Shown here: positions 7,368 through 18,318 of the stretch, in pieces | Layout of the letters: each line of letters begins with the position of its first letter | Position numbering within the stretch: position 1 is the stretch's first letter | NCBI GenBank assembly: GCA_017461055.1 | Contig: JAFTZI010000007.1 | Coordinates: 1,236-65,235 of the forward strand | Direction: 5' to 3' | DNA: 64,000 bases | Source of the DNA: Clostridia bacterium | GTDB taxonomy: Bacteria; Bacillota; Clostridia; Oscillospirales; CAG-272 | Translations under genes and position numbers: made by a program | The notes under the pieces: model-generated | The model's database searches: none | The model's input: only the letters and a program-made list of their open reading frames with translations | What the model was told of the DNA's origin: nothing

Positions 7368-9590
7368 TTAATTCTTTTTTCTGTTATTAATCAAGTATTC
7401 TTCATCTGATACCTGTATTCCGTCTAATTCTTCTCGTTCGTAGTTTAATAGAGCTACTCTTCTTTTTTTCCAAAACGGCACAAATCCATTTAAAATTGAG
7501 CCATCACTTGCATCAACATCAACCATTTTATGAATTTCGCAATTTTCCTTTGGTATATTTCCGAATTTATAATAACCTATCATTATTCTATTACCTCGAA
7601 GGTCTTTTTCACAGTTATTAGAGGGTAAAAAACCGGAGTCAAAACAGAACTCCTGTTTAAAGATGCCGATTGGTTCATCAAATCCTTTTGCACAATCAAG
7701 ATTTTTATGTGCATAATTCATTATATTATCAAAAATTAAACAAGAAGGGTTTTTTATATAATTCATTGCTACAGGTGTATCATATCCTGTCCAGACACCA
7801 CAGACATAGTATGGCGTATAGCCTACGAACCATTTATCCTCGTTGTTACTGGTAGTTCCTGTTTTTCCTGCTGTTTCAACTATATCTTTTAAGGTTAGAT
7901 AAGAAGCTGTTCCGCTATCCACAACATTTTTTAACATCATGGTCATTATATAAGCACTTTCTTCGGATATTACTTTTTTTGTGGTTGATTCCTTTTCTAA
8001 TATTTTATTTCCGTTGTTGTCGGTTACATATAAATAAGTTTTGGGAGTAGAAATATAACCACCGTTAGCAAAAGAAGTATATGCATTAGTTACATTCAAA
8101 AGTGTATCACCGTAAGTTAATTGACCTAAGGCTATTGAGGACTCGTTGTAATCCCTTTCCTCGTCAGTATGAATATTGAACTTATTTAGATATTTCATAG
8201 ATGTGTCTATACTTAGATCTTTTAATACCTTTACCGCAACCGTATTAATTGAATGTTCAACGGCATAGCTGATAGGCACTAATCCCCTGTATTTATTTGG
8301 GGAATTTTTTGGCCAATATTCGTTATTCAGCAGTTTTATCGGTGTATCATCATACACGGTTGAATAATTGATGATATTTTGTTCTAAGGCGGGTGAATAA
8401 ACAGAAAGTGGCTTAATGACTGATCCAAGAGGTCTTTTTGCTTGATACGCACGGTTATAGATCAAGTTCCCTTCTTTTTTACCAACTCCGCCAACGATTG
8501 CTAAAATGTCAGAAGTGTATGGGTCGATGACAACACAGCTTGACTGAGGATATGTTCCATTTTGATTTTCAAAATAAGCTTTATTGTTAGCATAAACTTT
8601 TTCAGCATAGCTTTGTAAGTCCGGATCCAAGAGCGCATAAACATTTAAGCCACCCTTTAAAATTAATTGTCTTGCAGAACGCTCGTTTAAGTTATAGGTC
8701 TTTGATAAGTCTTCTGTCACTTCTTTTATTAATGCTTCTGTGTACCATGAGTAAGTGCCACTGCTTTTAAAATTATCAATTTTAGAATTTACATTTAAAT
8801 CTTCGTTAATGGCGTCATTGTATTCATCCAATGTAATGAAGCTTTGCGACAACATCTCTTTTAAAACAATGTTTCTTCTTTTTACGTTGTTTTTTGGATT
8901 TGAATACGGGTCATATTTAGACGGATTCTGTACAATTGAAGCCAAAGACGCACATTCTGCCAATGTCAATTCGTTTAAATCCTTATTGAAATATACCTTG
9001 GATGCTGCGCAAACTCCGTAACAGTTTTCTGACATATATACCACGTTTAAATATGACTCTAAAATTTCATTCTTGCTCATTCTTTTTTCAATATTGAGAG
9101 CTCTGAATATTTCCTCTAATTTTCTTTTTGGTGAAAAATCATTTTCTCCGGTTATATTTTTAATAAGCTGTTGTGTAATAGTTGAGCCACCATAACCGCT
9201 TTTGTCAAATTTAAAAACATAGTTAAGCAGCGCTTTTGAGGTTCTTAACCAATCTACACCGTCGTGTTCGTAAAATCTTTTATCCTCTATTGCTATAAAC
9301 GCATTTTTTAAATTATTTGGAATTTCATATATTGAGCACCACTCGCTTCTCGTGGTAAATATGGCTTCATCGGTAAGCTCCGTTGGCACACCTACTCTGT
9401 TTTTTCTATCCTCATAGTCAAAATAAAATATCTTTGTAACCGATGTTGTTCCTTTGCTTAAAAGCGATATGTCAATGTCTTTATTTAAACTATTGTAAAT
9501 AATAATTCCAGATATAATTGGTAAGCATAAGAGTGTTATTAGAAATATTAATAGTAGCTTTTTAGTGGTAGATTTTTTCTTTACTTTCAA
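7368..9590 (-). CDS. class A penicillin-binding protein (glycosyltransferase plus transpeptidase)
   Basis: 740 aa. GT51 motifs are EDKRFYEHDGVD and GGSTITQQL. Transpeptidase motifs are SVIKP, SIN and KTGTT. It has an N-terminal TM anchor and a TTG start 6 nt after the SD AGAGGTGA. Confidence 0.92.
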   Translation of the reverse strand: MKVKKKSTTKKLLLIFLITLLCLPIISGIIIYNSLNKDIDISLLSKGTTSVTKIFYFDYEDRKNRVGVPTELTDEAIFTTRSEWCSIYEIPNNLKNAFIAIEDKRFYEHDGVDWLRTSKALLNYVFKFDKSGYGGSTITQQLIKNITGENDFSPKRKLEEIFRALNIEKRMSKNEILESYLNVVYMSENCYGVCAASKVYFNKDLNELTLAECASLASIVQNPSKYDPYSNPKNNVKRRNIVLKEMLSQSFITLDEYNDAINEDLNVNSKIDNFKSSGTYSWYTEALIKEVTEDLSKTYNLNERSARQLILKGGLNVYALLDPDLQSYAEKVYANNKAYFENQNGTYPQSSCVVIDPYTSDILAIVGGVGKKEGNLIYNRAYQAKRPLGSVIKPLSVYSPALEQNIINYSTVYDDTPIKLLNNEYWPKNSPNKYRGLVPISYAVEHSINTVAVKVLKDLSIDTSMKYLNKFNIHTDEERDYNESSIALGQLTYGDTLLNVTNAYTSFANGGYISTPKTYLYVTDNNGNKILEKESTTKKVISEESAYIMTMMLKNVVDSGTASYLTLKDIVETAGKTGTTSNNEDKWFVGYTPYYVCGVWTGYDTPVAMNYIKNPSCLIFDNIMNYAHKNLDCAKGFDEPIGIFKQEFCFDSGFLPSNNCEKDLRGNRIMIGYYKFGNIPKENCEIHKMVDVDASDGSILNGFVPFWKKRRVALLNYEREELDGIQVSDEEYLINNRKKN

Positions 9591-9668
9591 AAAAATTCAC
9601 CTCTTTTCGTATACACAAATATTGTTTGCACAATAATATCTTATATACAATTTAAAGGAGCTTAAATA

Positions 9669-10046
9669 ATGGAACAAGATAAAAATTATTCAGAATATAT
9701 AGAAAAAAAGAAGCTTTATATTTTTTTGTATTTGTTAACTGCTTTAACCATTATTCTTTTTCTTGTTGTTTGGTTTAATTTAAACAGTAAAATTGAAAAG
9801 ATTAATGATTCAGTAGAAATTTATACACCAACTTATAATGAAATTAACAATACAAAAGAAGAAAAAAAGACATATTTACTAAAAGAATATAACGGTAAGC
9901 TTGCGGTATATATCAATAATGATTTTCAATATGAGATAGACGTTTATGTATTTACACTTCCTGAAGAAGACAGAAAGCTCTTGTCCAAAGGCATAGAGGC
10001 CGCCTCTGAACAAGAGCTGAACGAAATAATATCGAGCTATTATTAA
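9669..10046 (+). CDS. small single-pass membrane protein, unknown function
   Basis: 125 aa with one TM. The C-terminal YLLKEYNGKLAVY...LPEEDRKLLSKGIEAASEQELNEIISSY loosely resembles BofC C-terminal-type domains, but I have low confidence in that. The SD AAAGGAG lies upstream. Confidence 0.6.
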   Translation: MEQDKNYSEYIEKKKLYIFLYLLTALTIILFLVVWFNLNSKIEKINDSVEIYTPTYNEINNTKEEKKTYLLKEYNGKLAVYINNDFQYEIDVYVFTLPEEDRKLLSKGIEAASEQELNEIISSYY

Positions 10047-13000
10047 CCTTTTAGTACAACTGCATCTTCACCTAAAATTGCTTTAAGTGCGTTTATAATA
10101 TCTGCACTTGCGCATATGGTTAGGTTGGATGCTTTTACATATTTTTTAGTAGAATTATCATAGAAAATAATTTCTGTGTCTCCCGAGTACTCCTTTAAAA
10201 GCTCAATAATATCATTAACGATGGGCTCTTTAATGCTGCTAACTTTTAAGTAAAGCTTAGAGTCTTTTTTCTTTGAATTTAAATACTCGTTATTTGAAAA
10301 GACGGTTTGGCACGAATTCAAAATTATCTTAGGTAGCTCTTCATCCTTTAACGAAATTTGACCTGTTGCAAAAATAACATTGTCAACAGTTAAGTCTGAT
10401 GAAAATTTTGAAAATTGCTTTGGAAAAACAATTAATTCTATTTCACCGTAAGAATCAGAAATTTTGATAAATGCCATATTTTCATCTGATTTGGTCTTCT
10501 TTACCGTTCTTGATGTAATTAATCCGGCTACAGAAACTGTTTTTTTATCTATTAATTGCTCGTCATTGATTATTGTGTTAATTTCTGTAGGCTTAAGAGC
10601 ATTTAAATGCATTTCATATGAATCAAGAATGTGACCCGAAAAGCACAAACCGAGGACATCTCTTTCAAAAAGCAATAAATCCTTCATAGAAAACTCGGGA
10701 AGGTCAGGATAATCTATTTTTGGAATAGTATTAGCAATTTCATCGCCTGACATTAATTGAGTTATGTCAAGCTGTCCATTTGCAGTTGTTTTCGATATGC
10801 TGTGCGCTCCGTCGATTGCGAGCTCATAAACTCTGTATAATTGAGCTCGATATTTTCCAAGAGAATCAAACGCTCCTGCCTTTATAAGCGATTCAACCTG
10901 TCGTTTATTGATGTCTGTTTCCTTTAGTCTGAAAATAAAATCATCAAAGCTTGCGTACTTTCCGTTTGCATTTCTTTCTTCAACGATTGCAGAAATAAAG
11001 TTGCGTCCGACGTTTTTAATTGCTAACAAGCCAAATCTGATATCGTTATCCTCGACTGAAAAATTTACGTCGCTGTAATTTATATCTGGCGGTAGTACTC
11101 TAATTCCTACTTTATTGCACTCGTCAATATAATCACGAACCTTTTCTGACGAGCCAAGTACTGATGTAATTAATGATGCGTAATACTCTTTTGGGAAATT
11201 AGCCTTTAAATATGCGGTTCTATATGAAATAAAAGCATATGCGGCAGCATGAGATTTATTAAAAGCGTATTTTGCAAAGCTTTCCATTTCATTAAATAAA
11301 TCTAAAGCAATGCTCCTCTCTACGCCATTCTTTATCGCGCCGTTAATGAATACCTCTTTTTCACTTATTAGTTCATCAACCTTCTTTTTTGACATTGCTC
11401 TGCGAACAATATCAGCACGGCCATAGGAATAGCCCGCTACCTTACTAAAAATTTGCATTACTTGCTCTTGGTACACGATGCAACCGTAGGTTGATTTAAG
11501 AATGGGCTCAACTATTGGGGTTTTATAATTTATTTTTGTATTATCGTGTCTGCGCTCAATATAAAGAGGTATTGAGTCCATAGGACCCGGTCTATACAAG
11601 GCAATAGTTGCGATTATATCTTCTATGCTTTCAGGTTGAAGCTTGGTCAAAACCTGCTTCATTCCTGCGGATTCTAATTGAAAAACACCGTCTGTCCTTC
11701 CAGATGAGATAAATTTATATGTTTTTTTATCATCAAGGGGAACAAAATCAATTTTGAAGTCAGGTAAGCGTTTTCTGATTATTTTTTCTGTATCGTATAT
11801 TATTGTTAAATATCTTAGAGCTAAGAAGTCAAATTTCAGAAGCCCAAGCTTAGCCACAGTGTCCATATCGTATTGAGTGACTGCTACTCCACCGTTAGTC
11901 GCAAGCGGAAGGTATTCAACAATGGGCTTATCGGTAATAACAACACCTGCAGCATGAGTAGATGCATGGCGTGGCGTACCTTCAAGTGCAATGGCTGTAT
12001 CGAACAATTTTTTGATGTTTACATCGTTATTATAGAGCTTTTTTAACTCTTCTACCTCGCTTAAAGCATCGGCTAAGGTTATGTTAATACGTCTTGGAAT
12101 GAGCTTTGAAATCAAGTCAACATCGTTATAAGAAATTTCCAAAACTCTTCCCACATCTTTAATTGCAGCCTTTGCCGCCATTGTACCAAAGGTTACAATT
12201 TGAGCTACGTGGTCTTGTCCATACTTTTTCTTAACGTATTCAATTACCTCGTCACGTCTTTCGTAGCAAAAGTCCGTGTCGATATCGGGCATGCTTACTC
12301 TTTCGATATTTAAAAATCTTTCGAAAAGTAAGTCAAATTTTATTGAATCAATATCAGTAATTCCGAGCAAAAACGCAACCAAGCTACCGGCACCCGAGCC
12401 ACGACCTGGACCTACGGGAATGCCTTGATTTTTGGCAAAGTTTATAAAGTCCCAAACTATTAAAAAGTAGTCGTTATACCCCATGGTATCTATTACGGAA
12501 AGCTCGTAATTAATTCTTTCCTCATATTCTTCTCTTGGGTGATTTTCGGAAAAAACAATTTTTTTGTTTTCTATTTTTTCATTAAAGCCCGAATAGGCTA
12601 AACTCGATAAATAGTCTTTTGAGGTAACTCCAATTGGTAAAGTGTATTTTGGAAGCTTTGTTACGCCAAATTCAAAGTCAAAATTACATCTGTCAGCTAT
12701 TTTGACTGTGTTTTCCATAGCTTCTTTAACCTTGCCAAACATTTCCTTCATTTGACCTTCGCTTTTTAGGTAAAACTCATTTGTCGGAAACATAGAACTG
12801 CTCTTTTTGCTTAATGTTGTGTTCATCTGAACAGACATTAAAACTGATTGTAAGTAAGAGTCCTCTTTTTGTAAGTAATGAACGTCATTCGTACAAACAA
12901 GCTGAGTATTAGTCTCCTTGGCAAGATCAATTAGTGCTTCGTTTACATCAATTTGCTCATCAATCCCGTGGTTTTGGAGTTCAAGAAAGAAATTATCATA

Positions 13001-13501
13001 TTCGAAAATTTCTTTCATTTTGTATATATGTTTTTTTGCACCAGCAATATCTCCTGACATGATAGCTGACGGTATATAGCCAGCTAAGCAAGCTGATAAT
13101 GCAATAATTCCTTCGCTGTGCTCTTCTAATACAGATAAATCTATTCTTGGTTTTACATAAAAACCGTCTGTATAACCGCAAGAAACAAGAAACGACAAAT
13201 TTTTATAACCGATGTCATTTTTTGCAAGTAAAACTAAATGATAATACGGAGAATTATTTACACGAGCTTTTTCGAATCTTGATCCCGGTGATAAATACAC
13301 CTCGCAACCGATAATCGGTTTAATTCCTTCATCCTTGCACGCTTTATAAAATTCAACAGCGCCGAACATGTTACCGTGATCAGTAATGGCAACTGCTTTT
13401 TGACCTAGGTCTTTAACAGCTTTTGGAATGTCTTTAATTCTGCAAGCACCATCAAGCAAGCTGTATTCACTATGCAAATGTAGATGTACGAAGTTCGACA
13501 T
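10043..13501 (-). CDS. dnaE: DNA polymerase III alpha subunit (DnaE type)
   Basis: 1152 aa. It has the N-terminal PHP motif FVHLHLHSEYSLLDGA and the Pol III alpha core pattern throughout. Confidence 0.95.
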   Translation of the reverse strand: MSNFVHLHLHSEYSLLDGACRIKDIPKAVKDLGQKAVAITDHGNMFGAVEFYKACKDEGIKPIIGCEVYLSPGSRFEKARVNNSPYYHLVLLAKNDIGYKNLSFLVSCGYTDGFYVKPRIDLSVLEEHSEGIIALSACLAGYIPSAIMSGDIAGAKKHIYKMKEIFEYDNFFLELQNHGIDEQIDVNEALIDLAKETNTQLVCTNDVHYLQKEDSYLQSVLMSVQMNTTLSKKSSSMFPTNEFYLKSEGQMKEMFGKVKEAMENTVKIADRCNFDFEFGVTKLPKYTLPIGVTSKDYLSSLAYSGFNEKIENKKIVFSENHPREEYEERINYELSVIDTMGYNDYFLIVWDFINFAKNQGIPVGPGRGSGAGSLVAFLLGITDIDSIKFDLLFERFLNIERVSMPDIDTDFCYERRDEVIEYVKKKYGQDHVAQIVTFGTMAAKAAIKDVGRVLEISYNDVDLISKLIPRRINITLADALSEVEELKKLYNNDVNIKKLFDTAIALEGTPRHASTHAAGVVITDKPIVEYLPLATNGGVAVTQYDMDTVAKLGLLKFDFLALRYLTIIYDTEKIIRKRLPDFKIDFVPLDDKKTYKFISSGRTDGVFQLESAGMKQVLTKLQPESIEDIIATIALYRPGPMDSIPLYIERRHDNTKINYKTPIVEPILKSTYGCIVYQEQVMQIFSKVAGYSYGRADIVRRAMSKKKVDELISEKEVFINGAIKNGVERSIALDLFNEMESFAKYAFNKSHAAAYAFISYRTAYLKANFPKEYYASLITSVLGSSEKVRDYIDECNKVGIRVLPPDINYSDVNFSVEDNDIRFGLLAIKNVGRNFISAIVEERNANGKYASFDDFIFRLKETDINKRQVESLIKAGAFDSLGKYRAQLYRVYELAIDGAHSISKTTANGQLDITQLMSGDEIANTIPKIDYPDLPEFSMKDLLLFERDVLGLCFSGHILDSYEMHLNALKPTEINTIINDEQLIDKKTVSVAGLITSRTVKKTKSDENMAFIKISDSYGEIELIVFPKQFSKFSSDLTVDNVIFATGQISLKDEELPKIILNSCQTVFSNNEYLNSKKKDSKLYLKVSSIKEPIVNDIIELLKEYSGDTEIIFYDNSTKKYVKASNLTICASADIINALKAILGEDAVVLKG

Positions 13502-13522
13502 ATCTGTTTCCTTTCATAAAAT

Positions 13523-14392
13523 TTATAATATCTTTTTTTCTTTTAATTCCTCATAAAACTCAAGAATTTTTTCTAATCTGTGATAAACACCGGATTTTGA
13601 AATTGGTGGTGCAAATTGCTTACCAAGCTCTAAAAAGCTTAATTCTTTATACTCTATTCTTTTCATTGCCATCTCTCGTAAGTGAACCGACAATCTATGA
13701 ATATTATCGGTTTCGATTAGGTGATTAATCACGCTTATGTATTTATCTGATGCTTTTAAGGCTTTATTTATATTCGCAGAATCACAATTGGTAACTCTAT
13801 TAGCATTGTTAATAAGCTCTTTGTTTATCTTACTGTTCATTATATCGAAGGCTAAAGAAGTGGCACCTATGTTAGCGAAAAAATCTTCTATTGCCTCGCT
13901 ACGTCTGAAATACAGTATTGTTTTATTACTGCGCTTAGTAATTAACGGATTAATTCCAAGTAAATTTAAAGCGGATTGAATTTCATTTGCTTGCGCTTCT
14001 GAATTAAAAATTAATTCAAGTCTATACGATTTTTCGGGATCAGTTATAGCTCCAATAGATAAAAATAAGCCTCTGAAGAAATATTCTCTGCATCTTGAGC
14101 ATTTAAATACATTATTTTTAATGCTTTGATAGTTGAAGTATCTAAGAAATTTGGCTGAAACGGTGATTTTATTCTTATCATAGGAAAAATTATAGCTTGA
14201 TTTAACTGATAGCTGTTGGCAAAGCTCTAAGAAAAGTGCTCCGACATCATGGTTCAATTCTTTTTTTGTTATTATTTCTTCATCAATATTTGCACAAAAT
14301 AAAATGCCGTATAAAAATGAGTATCCACAGCAATTTTTAATTTTACCATTTAGACTACACAGTTCTTTTTTTATATTTTTTGAATATGACAT
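13523..14392 (-). CDS. whiA: DNA-binding protein WhiA
   Basis: 289 aa. The N-terminus MSYSKNIKKELC and a C-terminal HTH region (SKSGVYHRLEKI) are typical of WhiA. Confidence 0.9.
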   Translation of the reverse strand: MSYSKNIKKELCSLNGKIKNCCGYSFLYGILFCANIDEEIITKKELNHDVGALFLELCQQLSVKSSYNFSYDKNKITVSAKFLRYFNYQSIKNNVFKCSRCREYFFRGLFLSIGAITDPEKSYRLELIFNSEAQANEIQSALNLLGINPLITKRSNKTILYFRRSEAIEDFFANIGATSLAFDIMNSKINKELINNANRVTNCDSANINKALKASDKYISVINHLIETDNIHRLSVHLREMAMKRIEYKELSFLELGKQFAPPISKSGVYHRLEKILEFYEELKEKKIL

Positions 14393-14401
14393 TTTTAAAC
14401 C

Positions 14402-15298
14402 CTAATTTATGTATATTATTTCTTCTTTTAAGGCTATATTGTATTTTTCATTAACCAAATGCTTTATGTGTGAAATTAGCTCATTAACTTCCGTTGCCTT
14501 TGCATTTCCATTATTTACAATAAATCCAGCATGCTTTTTTGAAACCTGTGCATCTCCAACCGAATACCCCTTTAATCCTAAGCTATCTATTAACGCAGAG
14601 GCTGAAGGTCCGTCTGGCTTTATAAACACACTGCCTGCACTTGGCATATCAAGAGGCTGAGTGTTAATTCTTTTATTCATGTTTTTAAGCATCAGTTGAT
14701 TAATTTCATTGCATTTTCCATCGTTCAATCCAAATGTGGATTCTAAAACATATAAATTTCCATCTTTAAAAATAGAGTGCTTTGTATCAAAGCGATGCTC
14801 TTCTTTTGTAATGGTGTATGTAGCTTTACTTTTTTTATCATAAACTTTGCTGCTTAGTATAACGCTTGAAAAAGAATCACCAAATGCCGAGGCATTCATG
14901 TATACTCCACCACCTATGCTTCCTGGGATTCCGTAAGCAAATTCTAATCCGGATAATTCACTTTTTAAAGCAATTTTACAAATGCTATTAATGGTGCAAC
15001 CACATTCTGCGGTTACAACGTTTTTATCGACATATGCTTTGTTTAAAAGTCTTGTAGATACTATCGGATGGTCAAAATAATCATCTGTAAAGTAACAATT
15101 TGTACCGTTACCGATTATAACGAACTTGGTATCATTAAGAATAGTCAGGATGTCGATAAACTCATTTATGTTTTTTGGAAAAACAGCAATTTTTGCTTTT
15201 CCGCCTATTTTGAATGATACCAAATCAGCAGTTTTAACATTCAAAATAAATTTAACACTGTTGTTAAACAAATACTTTAAAAGGTATGAAAAATACAT
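14402..15298 (-). CDS. murB: UDP-N-acetylenolpyruvoylglucosamine reductase
   Basis: 298 aa with a FAD-binding PCMH-type N-terminal domain (FKIGGKA, GNGTN) and a MurB C-terminal pattern. Confidence 0.9.
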   Translation of the reverse strand: MYFSYLLKYLFNNSVKFILNVKTADLVSFKIGGKAKIAVFPKNINEFIDILTILNDTKFVIIGNGTNCYFTDDYFDHPIVSTRLLNKAYVDKNVVTAECGCTINSICKIALKSELSGLEFAYGIPGSIGGGVYMNASAFGDSFSSVILSSKVYDKKSKATYTITKEEHRFDTKHSIFKDGNLYVLESTFGLNDGKCNEINQLMLKNMNKRINTQPLDMPSAGSVFIKPDGPSASALIDSLGLKGYSVGDAQVSKKHAGFIVNNGNAKATEVNELISHIKHLVNEKYNIALKEEIIYIN

Positions 15299-15359
15299 AA
15301 CAATTTACCTCAAAATCATTTTAGTAAAATATATTGAGAGTAAATTGTTATTAGTACAA

Positions 15360-17072
15360 TTAAAGAGCCTTTAAAATTTCTCTTGATTGTGAAATTAATT
15401 CCTTAGCTGCATCGTATTGTTTAACAGTTAAATCAATACCGCCAATTATTCTTGCAATTTCTTCAATCTTTTCTTCTTCGTTTAACAGTGAACCGCTTGT
15501 TTCAGCTCTTCCTTCTATTTCGGTTTTCTTTATAAAATAATGTCTCTCTGCAAGGGAAGCAATTTGTGCAGAGTGAGTTACACAAAACGTTTGTGTATTT
15601 GTTGATATTTGTGCGAGCTTAATTCCGATTTTTTGAGATGTACTTCCGGAAACGCCTGTATCAATTTCATCAAAAATAATAGTTTGAGCGCCTTTTTTGT
15701 CGGACAAAGCACTTTTTAAAGCAAGCATAATACGTGCAAGCTCGCCTCCTGATGCGATTTTGCTCATTGAAGATAGCTCTTCTCCCACATTGGTTGCTAT
15801 CATAAATTCTACATCATCAAAGCCCAATGAATTTAACACTTGCTTACTATCCTTTTCTACAATACGCACGTCAATTTGAAAATCAACCTTTGGCATATCT
15901 AAAAATTCAAGGGCGTCCTTAACTTGCTTACTTAGGCTTTTCGAAGCATGCTCACGTATTTCGTGGATATCCTTAGCAATTTTACAAGCTTCCAAATATA
16001 GACTTTTGTATTCAAACTTTAAATCTTCAATTTTGTTTTCAGCAGTTTCAAACAAAGACAGTTTTTCTTCGGCATTTTCCTTAAATTTCAGAACATCTTC
16101 AATTGTTCGGCCATACTTTTTCTCGAGCTTTTGAATAAGAGCCAATCTGTCCTCAACCTGATCCAGCTCTTTCTGTGGGTCGGAAATGCCATCAAATGAG
16201 CCGTAGCTCCTTGCTCTGTCAGCGATATCTTCTATTTCATATTTGAAGCCTTGAAGTTGCTCAAGCATTTCGTTTGCATCAGGCATAACATCAGATAGCT
16301 TGCTAAGTGAATCGATTGCCTTATCTAATAAAACGCTTGCGCTGATTCCACTTTCGTTTTGTAATAATGCCTTATAGACATTATTAGCATATTTAACAAT
16401 CTTTTCTGCTCCTTTTAGCTTGTTGCTGAGTGAAATTAATTTAACTTCTTCATCTAAGTCCTTTAGCTTTGCAGAATTAATTTCTTTAATTTGATATTTT
16501 AAAATATCAACCATTGTGTCCTTTTGCTTGTTTGCTTCTAATAAAGAATTAATTTCCGTTTTCAAGGATGTCAATTTGTGGTACAGCTCTGAGTACTCTG
16601 GCAAAAGCTTTTCGGTGTTTGCAAACTCATCTAATAGTCGTATATGACTGTCTTTATTCAAAAAGCTTTGATTATCGTTTTGACCATGTATGTTGATCAG
16701 CTTCCCGCCAATTGACTTGAGTTGAGCAATAGTAGCGGGTGAGGAGTTGATTTTTACTATGCTTTTACCTTCAATAGTAATACATCTGTATAGCGAAAAA
16801 TTATCCTCGGTATCGTATGGAATGCCTAATTCATCACACAAAGCATATACATCTTCATTAACATTTGAAAATACAGCAGAAACAATAGCGCGATTTTCAC
16901 CGTGCCTAATTAGCTCTTTTGATATTTTTCCACCAAGTAACATGCTGATTGAGTCGATAATTATTGATTTGCCTGCACCGGTTTCGCCTGTAAGTACATT
17001 GAACCCTTTTTCAAAATTAATATCAAGCTTTTTAATTACAGCAATATTTTCAATATGCAAAAAATCAAGCAT
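15360..17072 (-). CDS. recN: DNA repair protein RecN
   Basis: 570 aa. Walker A is GETGAGKS, the middle is coiled-coil, and the signature and Walker B are SGGELARIML...IFDEIDTG. Confidence 0.93.
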   Translation of the reverse strand: MLDFLHIENIAVIKKLDINFEKGFNVLTGETGAGKSIIIDSISMLLGGKISKELIRHGENRAIVSAVFSNVNEDVYALCDELGIPYDTEDNFSLYRCITIEGKSIVKINSSPATIAQLKSIGGKLINIHGQNDNQSFLNKDSHIRLLDEFANTEKLLPEYSELYHKLTSLKTEINSLLEANKQKDTMVDILKYQIKEINSAKLKDLDEEVKLISLSNKLKGAEKIVKYANNVYKALLQNESGISASVLLDKAIDSLSKLSDVMPDANEMLEQLQGFKYEIEDIADRARSYGSFDGISDPQKELDQVEDRLALIQKLEKKYGRTIEDVLKFKENAEEKLSLFETAENKIEDLKFEYKSLYLEACKIAKDIHEIREHASKSLSKQVKDALEFLDMPKVDFQIDVRIVEKDSKQVLNSLGFDDVEFMIATNVGEELSSMSKIASGGELARIMLALKSALSDKKGAQTIIFDEIDTGVSGSTSQKIGIKLAQISTNTQTFCVTHSAQIASLAERHYFIKKTEIEGRAETSGSLLNEEEKIEEIARIIGGIDLTVKQYDAAKELISQSREILKAL

Positions 17073-17084
17073 CTTTTCTCCTAA

Positions 17085-17543
17085 TTACTTTTCTGCTAAT
17101 TTTAAAATTTTGTTAGTAATATTTTTACTTGCTTCTTCTGATTTGGAAACAAGAATAATGCAGTCATCTCCTGCTACGCAACCTAAAATCTCAATGTCGT
17201 GTAGTGTATCTATTCCTGCCGCCACCGCTTGAGCAAGCCCCGGATTTGTCTTAATTACAACATTATTTAGAGCATATTTGATTTCCGTAATTGAAGAAAA
17301 CAAAGCGTGATTATATGTACCGGAGTTATCTATTTCACCTTTAGGTGCAACATACTTGTACACACCGTTATCAAGCACCTTAACCAGCTTTAGTTGTCTA
17401 ATATCTCGAGAAGCTGTTGCTTGGGTAGCATTAAAGCCTTCGTTTCTTAATGCGGTAATTAAATCCTCTTGTGTTTCGATGTTTCTCGTAGAAATAATTT
17501 CTAAAATTTTTTCTTGTCTTTTCGGCTTCATATTAATCTCCAA
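17085..17543 (-). CDS. argR: arginine repressor
   Basis: 152 aa. It has the winged-helix ATQATASRDIRQLKLVK and the C-terminal oligomerisation motif GDDCIILV. It sits in the conserved position upstream of recN. Confidence 0.9.
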   Translation of the reverse strand: MEINMKPKRQEKILEIISTRNIETQEDLITALRNEGFNATQATASRDIRQLKLVKVLDNGVYKYVAPKGEIDNSGTYNHALFSSITEIKYALNNVVIKTNPGLAQAVAAGIDTLHDIEILGCVAGDDCIILVSKSEEASKNITNKILKLAEK

Positions 17544-17544
17544 A

Positions 17545-18318
17545 TCATTCTAAAACTATATTTTTAATGTATTCATTACTAATTGAGGTAGCTTTTTTGC
17601 TGAAGGCGGCAAGATATTCAATATTACCGTCCCCGCCTTGAATGGGTGATTTTAAAAAAGCAAAGCATTTTAAACTGTTAATGTCGGCACAACTGATTAC
17701 AGACATTACAGCATGGAGGCGCGCCTTTTTGTCTTTAACAATTCCACCCTTACCTATAAAGGCTTTAGCCGTTTCAAATTGCGGTTTTATCAAGCTTAAA
17801 TAAACACCATCGTCTTTTAACAGCTTGCAGGCAGCAGGAATAATTAAATTTTGAGAAATAAATGATACATCAATTGTAATCACGTCCAAATACTCACCAA
17901 TGTCATCAAAATTCAAGTTTCTTGCATTGTAATTTTCAATTGAAACTACTCTTTCGTCCTCTAATATCTGTTTTGCTAATTGATTGGTTCCGGAATCAAT
18001 AGCATAAACCTTTTTTGCACCGTTTAAAAGAAGGCAATGTGTAAATCCACCTGTAGATGCACCGATATCTAAGCAAACTTTGTTTTCAAGCTTGGCTTGA
18101 ATGGCATTAATAATACTTTCAAGCTTTAGTCCACCACGTGAAACATAAGGGCAAGTATCATTAATTTCAATCTTATGTTCGATATAGTTATTTATATCAA
18201 AGGATGGCTTAAGAATAACCGAGCCGTCTATTTTAACATTACCGTCACAGATTAAGCCTTTTGCTTTTTGCCTACTTTTTACGTAATTGTTTTCAAACAA
18301 ATATAAATCTAATCTCAT
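17545..18318 (-). CDS. tlyA: TlyA-family rRNA 2'-O-methyltransferase
   Basis: 257 aa. It has an S4 domain (MRLDLYL...) and an FtsJ-like SAM site (LDIGASTGGFT). Its start overlaps the ispA stop by 1 nt (TAATG). Confidence 0.88.
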   Translation of the reverse strand: MRLDLYLFENNYVKSRQKAKGLICDGNVKIDGSVILKPSFDINNYIEHKIEINDTCPYVSRGGLKLESIINAIQAKLENKVCLDIGASTGGFTHCLLLNGAKKVYAIDSGTNQLAKQILEDERVVSIENYNARNLNFDDIGEYLDVITIDVSFISQNLIIPAACKLLKDDGVYLSLIKPQFETAKAFIGKGGIVKDKKARLHAVMSVISCADINSLKCFAFLKSPIQGGDGNIEYLAAFSKKATSISNEYIKNIVLE

